Notes: generated by a model from the letters alone, not told the origin. 64,000 nt of DNA from the human T2T-CHM13v2.0 reference genome, Homo sapiens (GCF_009914755.1 NC_060927.1); one strand, 5' to 3'. Counted from the stretch's first letter, positions 35,675 through 49,667 are shown. Program-made: numbers and translations.

Positions 35675-35974
35675 TTTTTTTTTTTTTTGAGATGGGCTTT
35701 CACTCTGTCACCCAGACTGCAGTGCAGTGGGACAATCACAGCTCACTGTAACCTCAACCTCCTGGGCTCAGGTGATCTTCTCACCTCAGCCTCCCAAGGA
35801 GCTGGGACTATAGGTGTATATCACCAGGTCTGGTTAATTTCTGTATTTTTTGTAGAGACAGGGTTTTGCCATGCTGCCCAGGCTGGTCTTAAACTCCTGG
35901 GCTCAAGCAATCTACCTACCTCAGCCTCCCAAAGTGCTAAGATTACAGACAGGTGTGAGCCACCACACCCGGCC
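35675..35974 (-). mobile_element. Alu (J-like)
   Basis: Full dimer. Confidence 0.93.
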
Positions 35975-36298
35975 TGATTAAACAATTTTTAAGAAGCAAA
36001 GGAATAAGAAACACAAAATGGTTGATGTTCTAATTCTTGGGCTGGGTAATTACTAGGTTTCATTATACTATTAAGTGAAGTAAAATAAAAAAGGGTCATG
36101 CATAAACAAATGATGACATTGTTTTATAAACCTAAGGATTATGATGAAACACTCTGTGCATACAAGCCCTCAACAACAACAAAGGAATAAAAGGAAAAGG
36201 GAGGAGGAGCTAGCAGAGAAAAGAGAAATGACAAATAAAGAATTACCAAGAATCATTTTTTAGGATTTGATACAGCAAGGCTAGTATTTGCTAATTTA

Positions 36299-36562
<264 letters not shown>

Positions 36563-37546
36563 TCATCCATAAATATGAACTTAAGCCCAGAAAGAAATGG
36601 TTGAAAACTACAAGGTAATTATTCCCTCACACTAATATTTTTTAAAATAGAAAAGAATCTATTTAGTTATCTACTAGTATATGTTCTGCAATCAAGGGAC
36701 ACTTAGACATACAGCTGCTCCTAGAGTTACGAATAGATTCCTTTTATCCCACATGTTCCTTCTTAGTATCTTTTCGCAAATGCACTTGTTATTCCAAAGT
36801 GACATTGCGAAATTATGTTTTACTTTTGTTTCCATCATAATTATGCTTACCTACACTTTTAATATTTTCACAAGAACAAAATTATTGAGAAGAAATAACA
36901 ACATTGTCTGGTGATGGTGGGCAGAACCAACAGGCTTTAAAAATGTGAATACCTTTGTTCTTCTTCAATATTCTACGAATTAACAATTTTAAGTAAGGAA
37001 TTTCTGTAATTCCTAAATCCCATAGCTTCAATATCAGATAATTTCTCAGCTCTCCATTCCTTTTTCATTTGTTGACATCCTCCCTCTTCCATGAAGCCAC
37101 ATATTGAAACTACTATTTCCATTTATCCTCAAGCCATCAATGTTTTAAAAATTCAGCAATCACATCTTAACAGTCCTTTACTGCAGATGTAACTGCTCAT
37201 AATACATATTATAAACACTTCTTCTTTTAACTTAGCCTGTGTACCTGCATTTAAAGTATTTTGTAGATTATCACAAGTTAATAGCAATACTAAACTTCAA
37301 AGTGTTCAAGGACACAAATATTTCACTCTTTTAATGCTAGAAGTCTTCAATATAAGAATACTTAATACAAATAGGGACATATCCACTTATAAAACAAATA
37401 GATATTTTGTTCCCTACTTTTAAAAACTCTTAAAAACATGCTGAGCAAATATTGAATATAAAAATCATAAAAAACTTATAAATTTATATATATGCTCACT
37501 GCAGTAAAATGTATAAAAGCATACATCAATAAACGTAAGAATTTTG

Positions 37547-37914
<368 letters not shown>

Positions 37915-38081
37915 CTACGTAAGACAAAAATCAGTAGAAATAACGGAGAAATTAAAATCCACTCAAGTTCTGTAGAATATTACTAATACTGTACTTGGAA
38001 TGTATGTCACAGATAAAGTTCATAGGTATATTTAACTCAGAGATTTCTTAAAGATTTATCTTAGTTTGACTTACCACATAC

Positions 38082-38251
38082 CTTTAGGACCTTTAATGAG
38101 CTTTATTTCCATTATTTTTTCTGACACTGGTTTCCTTCTTTTTACATACAAGCGTACAATAGACCCTGCTTCTTTCAACGCTTCAACTGCTTTGCTATGT
38201 GTTACATCACGAACATCTACTTCATTTACTTGTAATATACAGTCATTGACC
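38082..38251 (-). CDS. DLG1: DLG1 exon, end of PDZ1 and start of PDZ2 ([13 protein letters not shown]...KLIKGPK)
   Basis: 170 nt, phase 2/1, TTTTCTCAG acceptor, AAG|GTATGT donor; in frame with neighbours. Confidence 0.97.
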
Positions 38252-38509
38252 CTGAGAAAACAATTAAATATTAAAAATAAAAATTAAATATAATTTAAAT
38301 ATAAATTTTCCACTTTACCAATTTTTTGTTACTTCTTTTTTAAGGTAAAGAGAATTATAAATAATTCTGGAGTAATTCCAGAAAACATAAATGAAGAAAG
38401 TATATCAAAAACTAATATAAACAAATACAAACATTTCCCAAGGGCCAGCAAAAGGAACAAAAGAAATAGTGAAAATAATAGATTATATAAAAATGTTAAA
38501 TAATAATTA

Positions 38510-38815
38510 CAGCTACCATTTGCATACTTCCTGCATGCTTATTCTGTGTAGGCATTAAGACACACTTTATAAAAATAGCAAACATTTATTTAGCACTAAC
38601 CACATGCCAGGCACTTTCTTGGTATTTTAACCCTCATGACACCTGTAAGCTTAATATATATTTTAATCCCTATTTCACAGATGGAGAAACTGAGGCACAA
38701 AGAATGTAAATAACTTTCCTAAGGCCACCCAGATAATAAGTGACAGAGCTGTGATTCAAAGATAAGAAAACTGAGGCTCACATCACGAGTTTAAGGTCAC
38801 AGAGATAGTGTGAAA
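38510..38815 (-). mobile_element. MIR fragments
   Basis: Core ATTTCACAGATGGAGAAACTGAGGCAC plus a second partial core. Confidence 0.8.
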
Positions 38816-39569
38816 ACTGAGATAAAGTAAAAATAATTTTCTGAGTGCCTATTCCAACCTATATATTAGACATAAAACAATTAAGTTATTTTTTGAAATT
38901 TATATAAAGATTAGGTCACTTAATTCAAAGGTTTCGTAGGTAAAGAACTTATAATTTGCCATGGTGTTATGTTTTTTAAAAGTCTGATTTGTTCCTAGTC
39001 TTAGCCTTTTCCCTAGTTCTGGTCTCTTTGATTGCATGGTATTCCACCAGGAAAAAAAGATGGTCATCTCAAATTGGGTAGAGAGGGTAAACAAAACATA
39101 ATTAAAATATTAAAACTGGTCCTGACAAGCTTCTATATCTAACAGAATCAGGAAGTAAATGTCTACATTTACATGAATGGTCAAATGATTAATTTTTATA
39201 TCTATTTGATTTCATTAATATACCACCTGTCATACCCAGTGAGAATTATAAAGCTTAGAAATTCAAAAACTGCGTAAGGCATCAACGTCCTTAAAATAAG
39301 ATGCTGTTTTTAACAGACTACATAAACTCTTTAGTCCTAAAACTTCAGGGTATTTTAACAACAAACAAGGAAATAGGAAAAATGACATAATTTATGACCC
39401 TCAAAAAATCAAAGTTTGCAAAATATATCTTCCAAAATGGAACACTAAATTTAAACAGAGACAAATGTTATTTTCATCTAGTCAATAAGAAAATATATTA
39501 TTTAAAGTTTGCATATAGTCTTTGTGGTGTGGGATTCAACATGGATGTGTGATCCTCTATCCTCCGTAT

Positions 39570-39697
39570 CTTAAATAAGTTTATATACATGTTTCCCAGC
39601 CAGAGAGGAAATGGAAAATATTCTGTGAGTGTACTTAAATAAGTTTATACACATGTTTCCCAGACAGAGAGGAAATGGAAAATATTCTGTGAGTGTA
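39570..39697. repeat. 64-bp tandem duplication (2 copies, 2 mismatches)
   Basis: 39570-39633 versus 39634-39697. Confidence 0.97.
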
Positions 39698-39977
39698 TCT
39701 GAAAACACAAAGGGAAACTCATGATTTCTATAAATATGCTCACAAAGATTTAAACCATCAACCAAATTTGTTATTCAAAATGTTATAATATCTAAGATAA
39801 AACTGGAGTCTAAATGAAAACAGGAACACAATGCTTAGAGCATAATTATCTCATTCATTGACTTGAATGTTGTTAAAGCATCTACCCTATGCTAGTTATC
39901 ATGATCGTGTTTGTTATTTGTATTTATCCCTTATCCAGTCTGCTTCAAGAAAAATACACAAAGTGGATTCAGCATCA

Positions 39978-40262
<285 letters not shown>

Positions 40263-41586
40263 CTAAATTAAATGGACTTGTTCTGGAGGAAAGTCCTTTC
40301 AGAGGCATTACTGCTGAACAGGTGAGGTTCAAGAAAATACACCAAGGACTTTTGAAGTATACTCCACAGTTCTTTCTTTAAAAGTATGTGCAACTTGTCG
40401 TTGGATTAGTCACCCATCTGCAGAGGTGTCACTGTAAGTCTGTTTCTTTTAGACTGCACCTCAGCCATGTTTGGTAGGGCACATCTCTCCTAAGAGACAA
40501 ATGCTGAAGTGATCTTCCCGCTGTTATTTCTGAGTAGGCAAAACCCATATACTGTTTTAGCCTTTAAAAAAGGGGGTGGCGATGGTGCTTTTCTTCTGCT
40601 AACTTGACATCAGCTTATTTTTAAATGACCAAATTGTGGCTGCTAAGTGATAGCTGCCATCAGTCCCTGACATGTTTAACCAATATACCCGATTAGCAAA
40701 AGGCATTGTTTCACACTGACTGAAAGACCAACCTGAGAACTTAACATTGGTGAATTTTCTTGACAGCAAAGTAAATTTTGCCAAAGCAGCTCTACTTTTT
40801 GCTTGTTTTATGAACTGGAGAAACAAGATTTCTGAATATGTTCTTCACAGAAAGGGTTCGACTGCTACAAAAAGCCTTTAAAAATAATTGATTTAACCAA
40901 TGGTATTAAAAAATGTTTATTTCTTGAAGAATGTTCTAACTGAATTTCAGGCAACTCAAGTAAGCAAATATATGTGGACCTATCATTTAACTGTTCGTAT
41001 TAAACAGTGTAAACACCCACTCTACCACCATTTGTCTTAAAATTCTATTTTAATAAAAAAATGTTTTTCAATCTAACTTCATGAATTACCTGAATCTTAA
41101 GAACAGTACCAGTGGATTATGGGAGGTTACCAAATTACTTAGGTACTCAAGTTCTTCAACCAGTGAAAAATACAATGTATAGTCCTAACTAAACAAAAGG
41201 AATTTAAAAGGCCCTGGGAAAAGATAAAAAATCAATAATATAAAAAGTTAGGAGACATCACAAACTACTATATTAAAATATGTACAGTACATTAATACTG
41301 TGCTTACTTGAATATTACTCCAGTAGCCACCCAACTTGAGCAAGTGATCCGAATTTAAGTAGATGGCAATAAAGATATACATGTAAGAGACTCTCTCAGA
41401 TTTATTTTTCTCAGATTCTATTCCAATATAAATAAATCTAATTATCTAGGATTTCAGTCTTGAGTATACACACATTTAGTTACTTAAGAAATCTGCTTGT
41501 GTGAAACACTAGATTTCCATAAAATGCTAGCCAGATAAGGTGGCATTACTATTATAACATACAATAAAAACTGAATGCAGATATTC

Positions 41587-41851
41587 TTTTTTCTTTTTTT
41601 TAGACAGAGTCTCACTCTGTCACCCAGGCTAGAGTGCGATCTCGGCTCACTGCAACCTCTGCCTCCTGGGTTCAAGTGATTCTCCTGATTCGAGTAGCTG
41701 GGATTACAGGTCTGCGTTACCACACCTGGCTAATTTTTGTATTTTTAGTAGAGACGGAGTTTTGCCATGTTGGCCAGGCTGGTCTTGAACTTCTGGCCTC
41801 AAGTGATTCACCCGCCTCGGCCTCCCAAAGTGCTGGGATTACAGGCGTGAG
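41587..41851 (-). mobile_element. Alu (S-like, small deletions)
   Basis: TSD TGCAGATATTCTT. Confidence 0.93.
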
Positions 41852-42019
41852 TGCAGATATTCTTGAGGGAAAAACATATCTTAAGAAAATTTGCACATCT
41901 GAATTGCACCTTCAAGTCATTTTCTGATTGGGCAAGTATACCATAATTAGTTTTTAATACAGCTCTGTCTGTTAGAAGTATGGTTATTTTGCTAGAAAAG
42001 AAAATTGATATAATGACCA

Positions 42020-42405
42020 TGTTACTAGTATACTACTTACTTAATACGAACAATACTTCATTATCATATGCATATAAACAATATAAACAAAATTAAAAAG
42101 CAAGAAAAATCTGAGAAACTATCACAATCTAGAGGGGTCTAAGGCGGCAGGATAACTAAACGTAATGTAGTTTCCTGGATGGGCCTCTGAGAGAGAATAA
42201 CATAAAAAGTAAGGAAATAGAGACTTCAGTTAATAATAATGTATGAATACAGGTGTCTTAGTTGAAATAAATGTACTCTAGTAATAGAAGATGTTAACAA
42301 TAGAGGAGGCTGAATCCAGAGTAAATGGAAACTCTTGGGACTATCTTTACAACTTCTTTGTAAATCTAAAACTATTGTAAAATAAAAAGTTTATTAAAAA
42401 AATAA
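42020..42405 (+). mobile_element. L1MC/MD-like 3' end
   Basis: ACTATCTTTACAACTTCTTTGTAAATCTAAAACTATTGTAAAATAAAAAG terminus. Confidence 0.7.
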
Positions 42406-42577
42406 GGTTACTAAAGAAAAGGCAAATGTTTTGAAAATACCTTGGCCAATTTTATGAACTGGGAACTTAGAAAATATCATATAGTTCTGTTTTTGAGAGA
42501 TCTCCCCTGGATTCTGTATGAAAAAGCAGTATATTACAAAGTTCTCTAGAACAACAGATTAAGATAATAGTTTTTAC

Positions 42578-42628
42578 CCTTTCAAGTGTGATTTCTTCAT
42601 ATTCATAATCTGCATCTGTGCCATTAAC
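42578..42628 (-). CDS. DLG1: DLG1 exon (VNGTDADYEYEEITLER), start of PDZ1
   Basis: 51 nt, phase 0/0, CCTGTAG acceptor, AGG|GTAAAA donor. Confidence 0.96.
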
Positions 42629-43065
42629 CTACAGGGGAAAAGAAAAGCAGCTCAGAAACTTCAGAGTGTAAAATCCGAAATGGCAAGGCAAAATTTTTGT
42701 ATGATTTATTAATGAAAACCTGTTGAATGCGACAGTAATCAAACACAATAGCTTCATTTTAATAATTCTGGGGAAGATTTTCAAGGAATGGAAAAATACA
42801 AATGTGATAAATGAGTTGACAACATTCGTGGTATCATGACTTTCAAATCCAGGATAGGTACATTCAGCTTTTAATAGTTTCAACCTCCGATCCTTCTCTG
42901 TCTTGATCCACACATCTAATCAGTTACCAACTGTTTCTGATTTGAACACCTTAATTTTTTGGAAAATCATCACCTCTTCACTCTCATTTCTAATACCTTT
43001 GTTCAGGCCTTGTTCAACCTCCTCTGGAATGGAATACTGTCAATGCAGTCTGCCTAATCGCTTAG

Positions 43066-43411
<346 letters not shown>

Positions 43412-43899
43412 AACAGCTGGATCTTTTTAAAGCCCATAACATACTTCCTCTAAAACTTTCACAACTCTCCCTTCCTAGAAATATCCAAACTCTATGGGTT
43501 GGTAATCATGTCTTCGAATGAACTGACCCCAATGTACTACTTCCCTTCATTCTTCACCTCTTCATAAGCCTTACATACCAACCCTTTCTGTGAACGACTT
43601 GCTCTTTCCATTACATATCCTGCAATTTTCCACTTCGACATCTGGAATTTTGTGCTTCCTCGGTCACAAATTTCACTTACATGTTTTATGTCAAAATCAG
43701 TCACCATTCAAGATATCTTGGTCACAATTTATCTCCCTCCAATTTATTTCCTAGTCTCTCCTGAAAGAAGTTAACTCCTACAGTAAAGGCCACTGGTGAA
43801 ACAAGTCCCTGGAATCAGATGAACATGGGTTTGAATCCTTCCTTTAAAATTTCTCGTGATATGAGGCTGGGCAAAACTCTATCTAAATCAAATGTGGAC

Positions 43900-44432
43900 T
43901 GTGATAAATTCTACTTCTGAAGATGGCTCACATCTTCCATTCCAGACATTCTTTTGCAATATAACTAAATCACCCTACCATCAAAAGGAGTCTCTTTCCT
44001 CTTCAATTAGATCTAGGCAAGCCCTGTGACTAGCTTTGACTAAAATAAATGTGGCACAAATGATGCTGTGTGATTTCTGAGACTAGGTCATCTGATGCCT
44101 GATAGTATTATTTGCCTTTGCTTGGAATATATTTTCTTTAGAACCCAGCAGCTATAACATGAGTAAAACTCAAACAGCCTACAGAGAGATCTAACCAACA
44201 GAGAACCAAAACCCTTGGCCAAAAGCCCCAGCTACACTCCTAACCAGCAGTCAGCACCACCAACTATCAGCCACGTGAATAAGGCTATTTGGACCTCCCA
44301 ACCTTGTCAAGTGCCCTAACCCACACCATGTAAAGCAGAGCCATCCAATTCATTATGAGAAAAAATGAACTGTTGTTCTTTTAAGCCCCTAAGCTTCAGG
44401 GTAGTTTGTTATGCAATGATAGATAACTGCAA
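43900..44432 (+). mobile_element. MLT1-type MaLR LTR
   Basis: End TTTTAAGCCCCTAAGCTTCAGGGTAGTTTGTTATGCAATGATAGATAACTG. Confidence 0.8.
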
Positions 44433-44692
44433 GAGAAATAACAAAACCTACATAAGCTACTTTGCTTTCTTAACCATACTATAAAATGTAGCCCTTAATT
44501 CAGGTCTAATATAGGGACCAGGAGTTTCTTCCTTGAGAACTTTTGAAGCCCATCTCTACTACCCTTTTGGGTTCTTAACTCTTGTGATTCTCCTAGATTC
44601 AAACCCTATTACTATTTTGTTCCCTCTTCTTTCTCATCTATAGACATTTTCCTCTTAGAGATTATATGTTATAAAGGCATTTATATAGAGAG

Positions 44693-44881
44693 AGTTGGGA
44701 TTTCACTCTGTTACCCAGGCTGGAATGCAGTGGCATAATCATAGCTCGTTGCAGCCTCAAACTCCTGGACTCAAGTGATCCTCCTGCCTTAGCCTCTTGA
44801 GTAGCTGAGACTACAGGCACATGCCACCATGCCTGGCTGTTTACTTTTGTTTTTCATAGAGATGGGGTCTATGTTGACCAG
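44693..44881 (-). mobile_element. Partial Alu (J-like)
   Basis: Right arm plus linker, truncated at a microsatellite. Confidence 0.85.
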
Positions 44882-44896
44882 GAGCTCGCTTGCTTG

Positions 44897-44937
<41 letters not shown>

Positions 44938-44939
44938 AC
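44897..44939. repeat. (CT)n(CA)n compound microsatellite
   Basis: Direct. Confidence 0.95.
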
Positions 44940-45654
44940 GTAAAATCTCTTTATCTCAGTTTAGGAGGAGTAACTTCAAGAGCTGTGTTGATCATGTCTG
45001 TGCATCTAGAGTACGGGAGGCTTACCTACTTGACAGGAAGTCCTTTGTTACGAGTAAAATTTTTATTTGCAGCAATATCCCCTTTCTTATTCTAAAGGTT
45101 ATTTGCATCATCTTGTTTCTTACTCAAGACTTGCTAAAAGTCTATCAGTCTTTATCGAATAAGCAGTTTTGACATTATTGATGAATCTATTACATTTCAT
45201 GGTATTACTTTCTGTTTTTAACAGTTCTTTAGTCCTTTGATTTTCTAAAAAAGATTTTTGAGTTGAATGCTCAATTTATGCTTACTCTATTCTATTTTTA
45301 GAAACCTCAAAATTTACCAATTTTCCTTGGCATATGGATTAGGCCAAATCCCACAACTGCTAGCTGCACTGAGCTCCATTTTTGTTCATTTGTTTATTTC
45401 TAAATAATCTAAAATTTTATTTTCGAAAACATTTCCAAATGAGTGTGCTTATATGGCCCTTTTGGCATTAACGTAAAATTTTGATACTGTGACCTTATGA
45501 TTTCTGCCTTAAGGAATCTGAGATTTTTCACCTTTAAGTTTCCTCACAAGGTAGGTGCTCAGTAAATATTCCTGGTGCTTAATTTAATGCCAATTCATGA
45601 TGTAGGTTTCTAAGCAGCACATAAAAGGGGCTTTTTAGGTAGCACTGAGTACTT

Positions 45655-45896
45655 TACTAAAAATACAAAAATTAGCCAGGTGTGGTGGTGCACGTCTTTA
45701 ATCCCAGCTACTCAGGGCGGGGGCCAAGGGGTGGGGTAGGGTGGGGGCTGAGACAGGAGAAGCACTTGAACCCAGGAGGCGGAGGTTGCAGTGAGCTGAG
45801 ATTGTGCTACTGTACTCCAACCTGGGCAACAAACAGAGTGAGACACTGTCTCAAATAAATAAATAAATAAATAAATAAAATAAAATAAAATAAAAA
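45655..45896 (+). mobile_element. 5'-truncated Alu with internal G-rich expansion and (TAAA)n/(TAAAA)n tail
   Basis: Starts at the middle linker ACTAAAAATACAAAAATTAGCC. Confidence 0.9.
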
Positions 45897-47290
45897 GAAC
45901 TCGACCCTTTTTACAATAGCTAAAGGAAAATAAAATACTTAAGAATATACTTAACCAAGGAGGTGAAAGACCTCTACAAAGAAAACTACAAAACACTGCT
46001 GAAAGAAATCACAGATGACACAAACAAAAACACATCCCAAGCTCATGGACAGGTAGAATCAATACTGTGAAAATGACTATACTGCCAAAAGCAATCTACA
46101 AATTCAATGCAATTCCCACCAAAATACCACCATCATTCTTCACAGAACTAGAGAAAACATTCCTAAAATTCATATGGAACCAAAAAAGAGCCTCCACAGA
46201 CAAAGCCAAACTAAGCAAAAGGAACAAATCTGGAGGCATCACATTACCTGACTCCAAACTATACTATGAGGCCATAGTCATCAAAACAGCATGGTACTGG
46301 TATAAAAATGGACACACAGAATGAAGCAGAATAGAAAACCCAGAAATAAAGCCAAATACTTACAGCCACCTGATCTTTGACAAAGCAAACAAAAACATAA
46401 AGTGGGGAAAGGACACCCTATTTGACAAATGGTGCTGGGATAATTGGCTAGCCACATGTAGAAAATGAAACTGGATCCTCATCTCTCACCTTATAAAAAC
46501 ATCAACTCAAAATGGATCAAAAACTTAAATCTAAGACCTGAAACCATTAAAATTTTAGAAGATAACATCAGAAAACCCTTCTAAACATTGGCTTAGGCAA
46601 AGACTTCATGACCAAGAACCCAAAAGCAAATCCAACAAAAACAAAGATATGCAGATGGGATTTAATTAAACTAAGAAGCTTCTGCACAGCAAAATAATCA
46701 GCAGAGTTAACAGGCAACCTACAGAGTGGGAGAAAATCTTCACAATCTATACTTCTGACAAAGGACTAATATCCAGAATCTACAAGGAACTCAAACAAAC
46801 AAATCAGCAAGAAAAAAACAATCTCATCCAAAAGTGGGCTAAGGACATGAATAGAAAATTCTCAAAGGAAGATACGCAAATGGCTGACAAGCATATGGAA
46901 AAGTGCTCAACATCACTATCGGGAAAATGAAAATCAAAACCACAATGTGATATTACCTTACCCCTGCAAGAATGGTCATCATAAAAAAATAAAAAAAAAT
47001 AGATGTTGGCGTGGATGCAGTGAAAAGGAACACTTTTACACTGTTGATGGGAATGTAAACTAGTACAACCACTATGGAAAACAGTACAGAGAGTCCTTAA
47101 AGAACTAAAAGGAGATCTACCGTTTGATCCAGCAATTCTACTACTAGGTATCTACACAGAGGAAAATAAGTCATTATATGAAAAAGATACTTGCACATGC
47201 ATGTTTATAGCAGCGCAATTCACGATTGCAAAAATATGGAACCAGCCCAAATACCCATTTTTCCATGAGTGGATAAAAAATATATGGTGT

Positions 47291-47329
<39 letters not shown>

Positions 47330-47700
47330 ATGGAATACTACTCAGCCATAAAAAGGAATGAAATAATGGCATTTGCAGCAACCTGAATGGAACTGGAGAT
47401 TATTATTCTAAGTGAAGTAACTCAGGAATGGAAAACCAAACACAGTATGTTCTCACTCATAAGTGGGAGCTAAGCTATGAGGATGCAAAGGCATGAGAAT
47501 GATACATTGGCATTTGGGGACTCGGGAAAGCGTGGGACTGGGGTGAGGGATAAAAGACTACATACTGGGTACAGTATACACTGCTCAGATGATGGGTGCA
47601 CCAAAATCTCAGAAATCACCACTAACTTATTCATGTAACCAAACAACACCCGCTCCCTAAAAACTTACTGAAATTAAAAAAAAAATCCAAAAAACAAAAA
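45897..47700 (+). mobile_element. L1PB-like 3' portion (ORF2 C-terminus and 3' UTR)
   Basis: ORF 46067..46324 [16 protein letters not shown]...KTAWYWYK; A-rich tail; internal (CA)n at 47292-47329. Confidence 0.93.
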
Positions 47701-47739
47701 ATAAAATCCTGAAGTTTCCCATCCTTTAAAATTAAAAAA

Positions 47740-48101
47740 AAAAAAGAAATAAAAGGCATCCAGAGGTAAACTATCTCTATTTGCCAGTGACATGATCTTG
47801 TATATAGAAAATTCAAACTACATAACTACCAGAGGTAATAAATGAGTTCAGCAAGGTTGTAGGATAAAAGATAAACACCTAAAAGTCAATTATATTCCCA
47901 TATGCTAGCAATAAAAACTCCAAAAATAAACAAAACAATTCCATTTATAACAGCATCGTAAGAATAAAATACTGGCTGGGCATGATGGCTCACCCCTGAA
48001 ATCCCAGCACTTTGGGAGGCTGAGGCGGGCTGGATGACTTGAGCTCAGGAGTTCAAGATCAACCTAGGCAACATGGTAAAACCCCATCTCTACCAAAAAT
48101 A

Positions 48102-48134
<33 letters not shown>

Positions 48135-48685
48135 GCCAGTCATGGTGGCACGTGTCCGTGTTCCCAACTACATGGGAGGTTGAGGTGGGAGGATCATCTT
48201 GGGTCTGGGAGGTGGAGGTTGCAGTGAGCTGAGATTGTGCCAATGCACTCCAGCCTGGGTGACAGAGTGAAACTGTCTCAAGAAAAAAAAAAAAAAAAAA
48301 AAAGAGAGAGAATACATAGAAGTGAATTTAACAAAAGAACTCCAAGACTTGTACACAGAAAACTAAAGAACATTATTGAAAGGAATTAAAGAAATATACC
48401 CATATATTTACAGTTAACTGATTTTCTATATGGTTGCCAAGACCATTCAATGTGGAAAGAATAGTCTTTTCAACAAACAGTGATGCTATCCACATACAAA
48501 AGAATGAAGTTGGACCTCTACTTCACATTATACAAAAATCAACTCAAAATGAATCAAAGACCAAAATCTAAAAGCAAAACCATAAAACTCTTAGAAGAAA
48601 ACTTAACTCTAAGTCTTTGTGATGTTGGATTATGCAATGGCTTCTTACATACAATACAAAAAGTTACAAAAGAAAAAATATAAAA
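47740..48685 (+). mobile_element. Older L1 ORF2 fragments
   Basis: GAAATAAAAGGCATCCAG, AATAGTCTTTTCAACAAA motifs. Confidence 0.75.
47974..48302 (+). mobile_element. Alu (J-like) with expanded middle A-tract
   Basis: Full dimer, about 30 A in the linker. Confidence 0.93.
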
Positions 48686-48899
48686 ATAATGGTTTTTAGA
48701 CTCAATCATTATCACGAAATTGCGGCATTTTCTAAAGTTTTATCCACTTAAACTTCAACAAAAATGTAGCAGTATATTTTTACCCCATACTGTCACCAGC
48801 AGAATGTACTGACAAACTTTTTGCTCTTTTGATAACATAATGTTTAAGATGTATTAATTGTTTTAATTTGCATTTATGTTATTAACTCACCTTTTTCTA

Positions 48900-49195
48900 C
48901 TTTTTTACCTTAACAAATTATGTTGAGATATTCACATATCATAAAATCTACCTTTTTAAAGTATGCAATTCAGTAGTTTCTAGTTTATTCACAGAGTTGT
49001 GCCATCATCATTACTTTCTAATTCCAGAACATCCTTATTACCCCATAAACAAACCCTGTACCTATTAGCAGTCACTCCCCATTCTGCCCTACACCCACCA
49101 CCTGGCAACTGCTAATCTACTTTCAGTAACTATGGATTTATCTATTCTGGAACTTTCATATAATAAAATTATGCAACAAGTGGACTTTTGTCCCT
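48900..49195 (-). mobile_element. Old L1M 3' fragment
   Basis: Same pattern as 6810-7200. Confidence 0.7.
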
Positions 49196-49613
49196 GATCA
49201 ATTTAAAATTACAAAGTTATAACTAATTATTTTCGTATATATGAATGCACAAAAAAAACCTGGTTACTAAAAATCTAGTCATTCAATTAGACTTCTAAAA
49301 TGATTTAAATATATGGCACTGTGTAAGCAACCAATGGTCAGAGACAACCTTTTGTGAAAGTTAGCCATCATAATTTCTGAATTAAATTACGAATTTCTAT
49401 TTCAAAATTTCTGCTTTACAAAAGGAAAAAAAAATGACCAAAGGAGGACCATACTACTTAATTTACTATAGCAATTACAGCTATAGTATATAGTGATAGA
49501 ACATCTTAAGAGAAATGTATTAGAGAAAACAATGCCATGGTCTTCGCATTTGTATCAAAAAACGGAACAGGAAAGGCAGAATTACTTCAATGTGGGGAGG
49601 AAATGGAACTTAC

Positions 49614-49667
49614 GTAAGTTGGTGTTTCCAAGCTATCTGTGTTGACCAGTACTGGGGGAGGATTTGC
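49614..49667 (-). CDS. DLG1: DLG1 exon, insert I1B (ANPPPVLVNTDSLETPTY)
   Basis: 54 nt, phase 0/0, TTCTTAAAG acceptor, TAC|GTAAGT donor. Confidence 0.96.

Noticed and set aside
45021-45030. Strong minus-strand donor TAG|GTAAGC
   Set aside because: No convincing upstream acceptor or pyrimidine tract found to define an exon
46067-46324. L1 ORF2-like ORFs (also 7796, 57110, 62697) as an active retroelement
   Set aside because: Short, truncated and interrupted; no intact ORF1/ORF2
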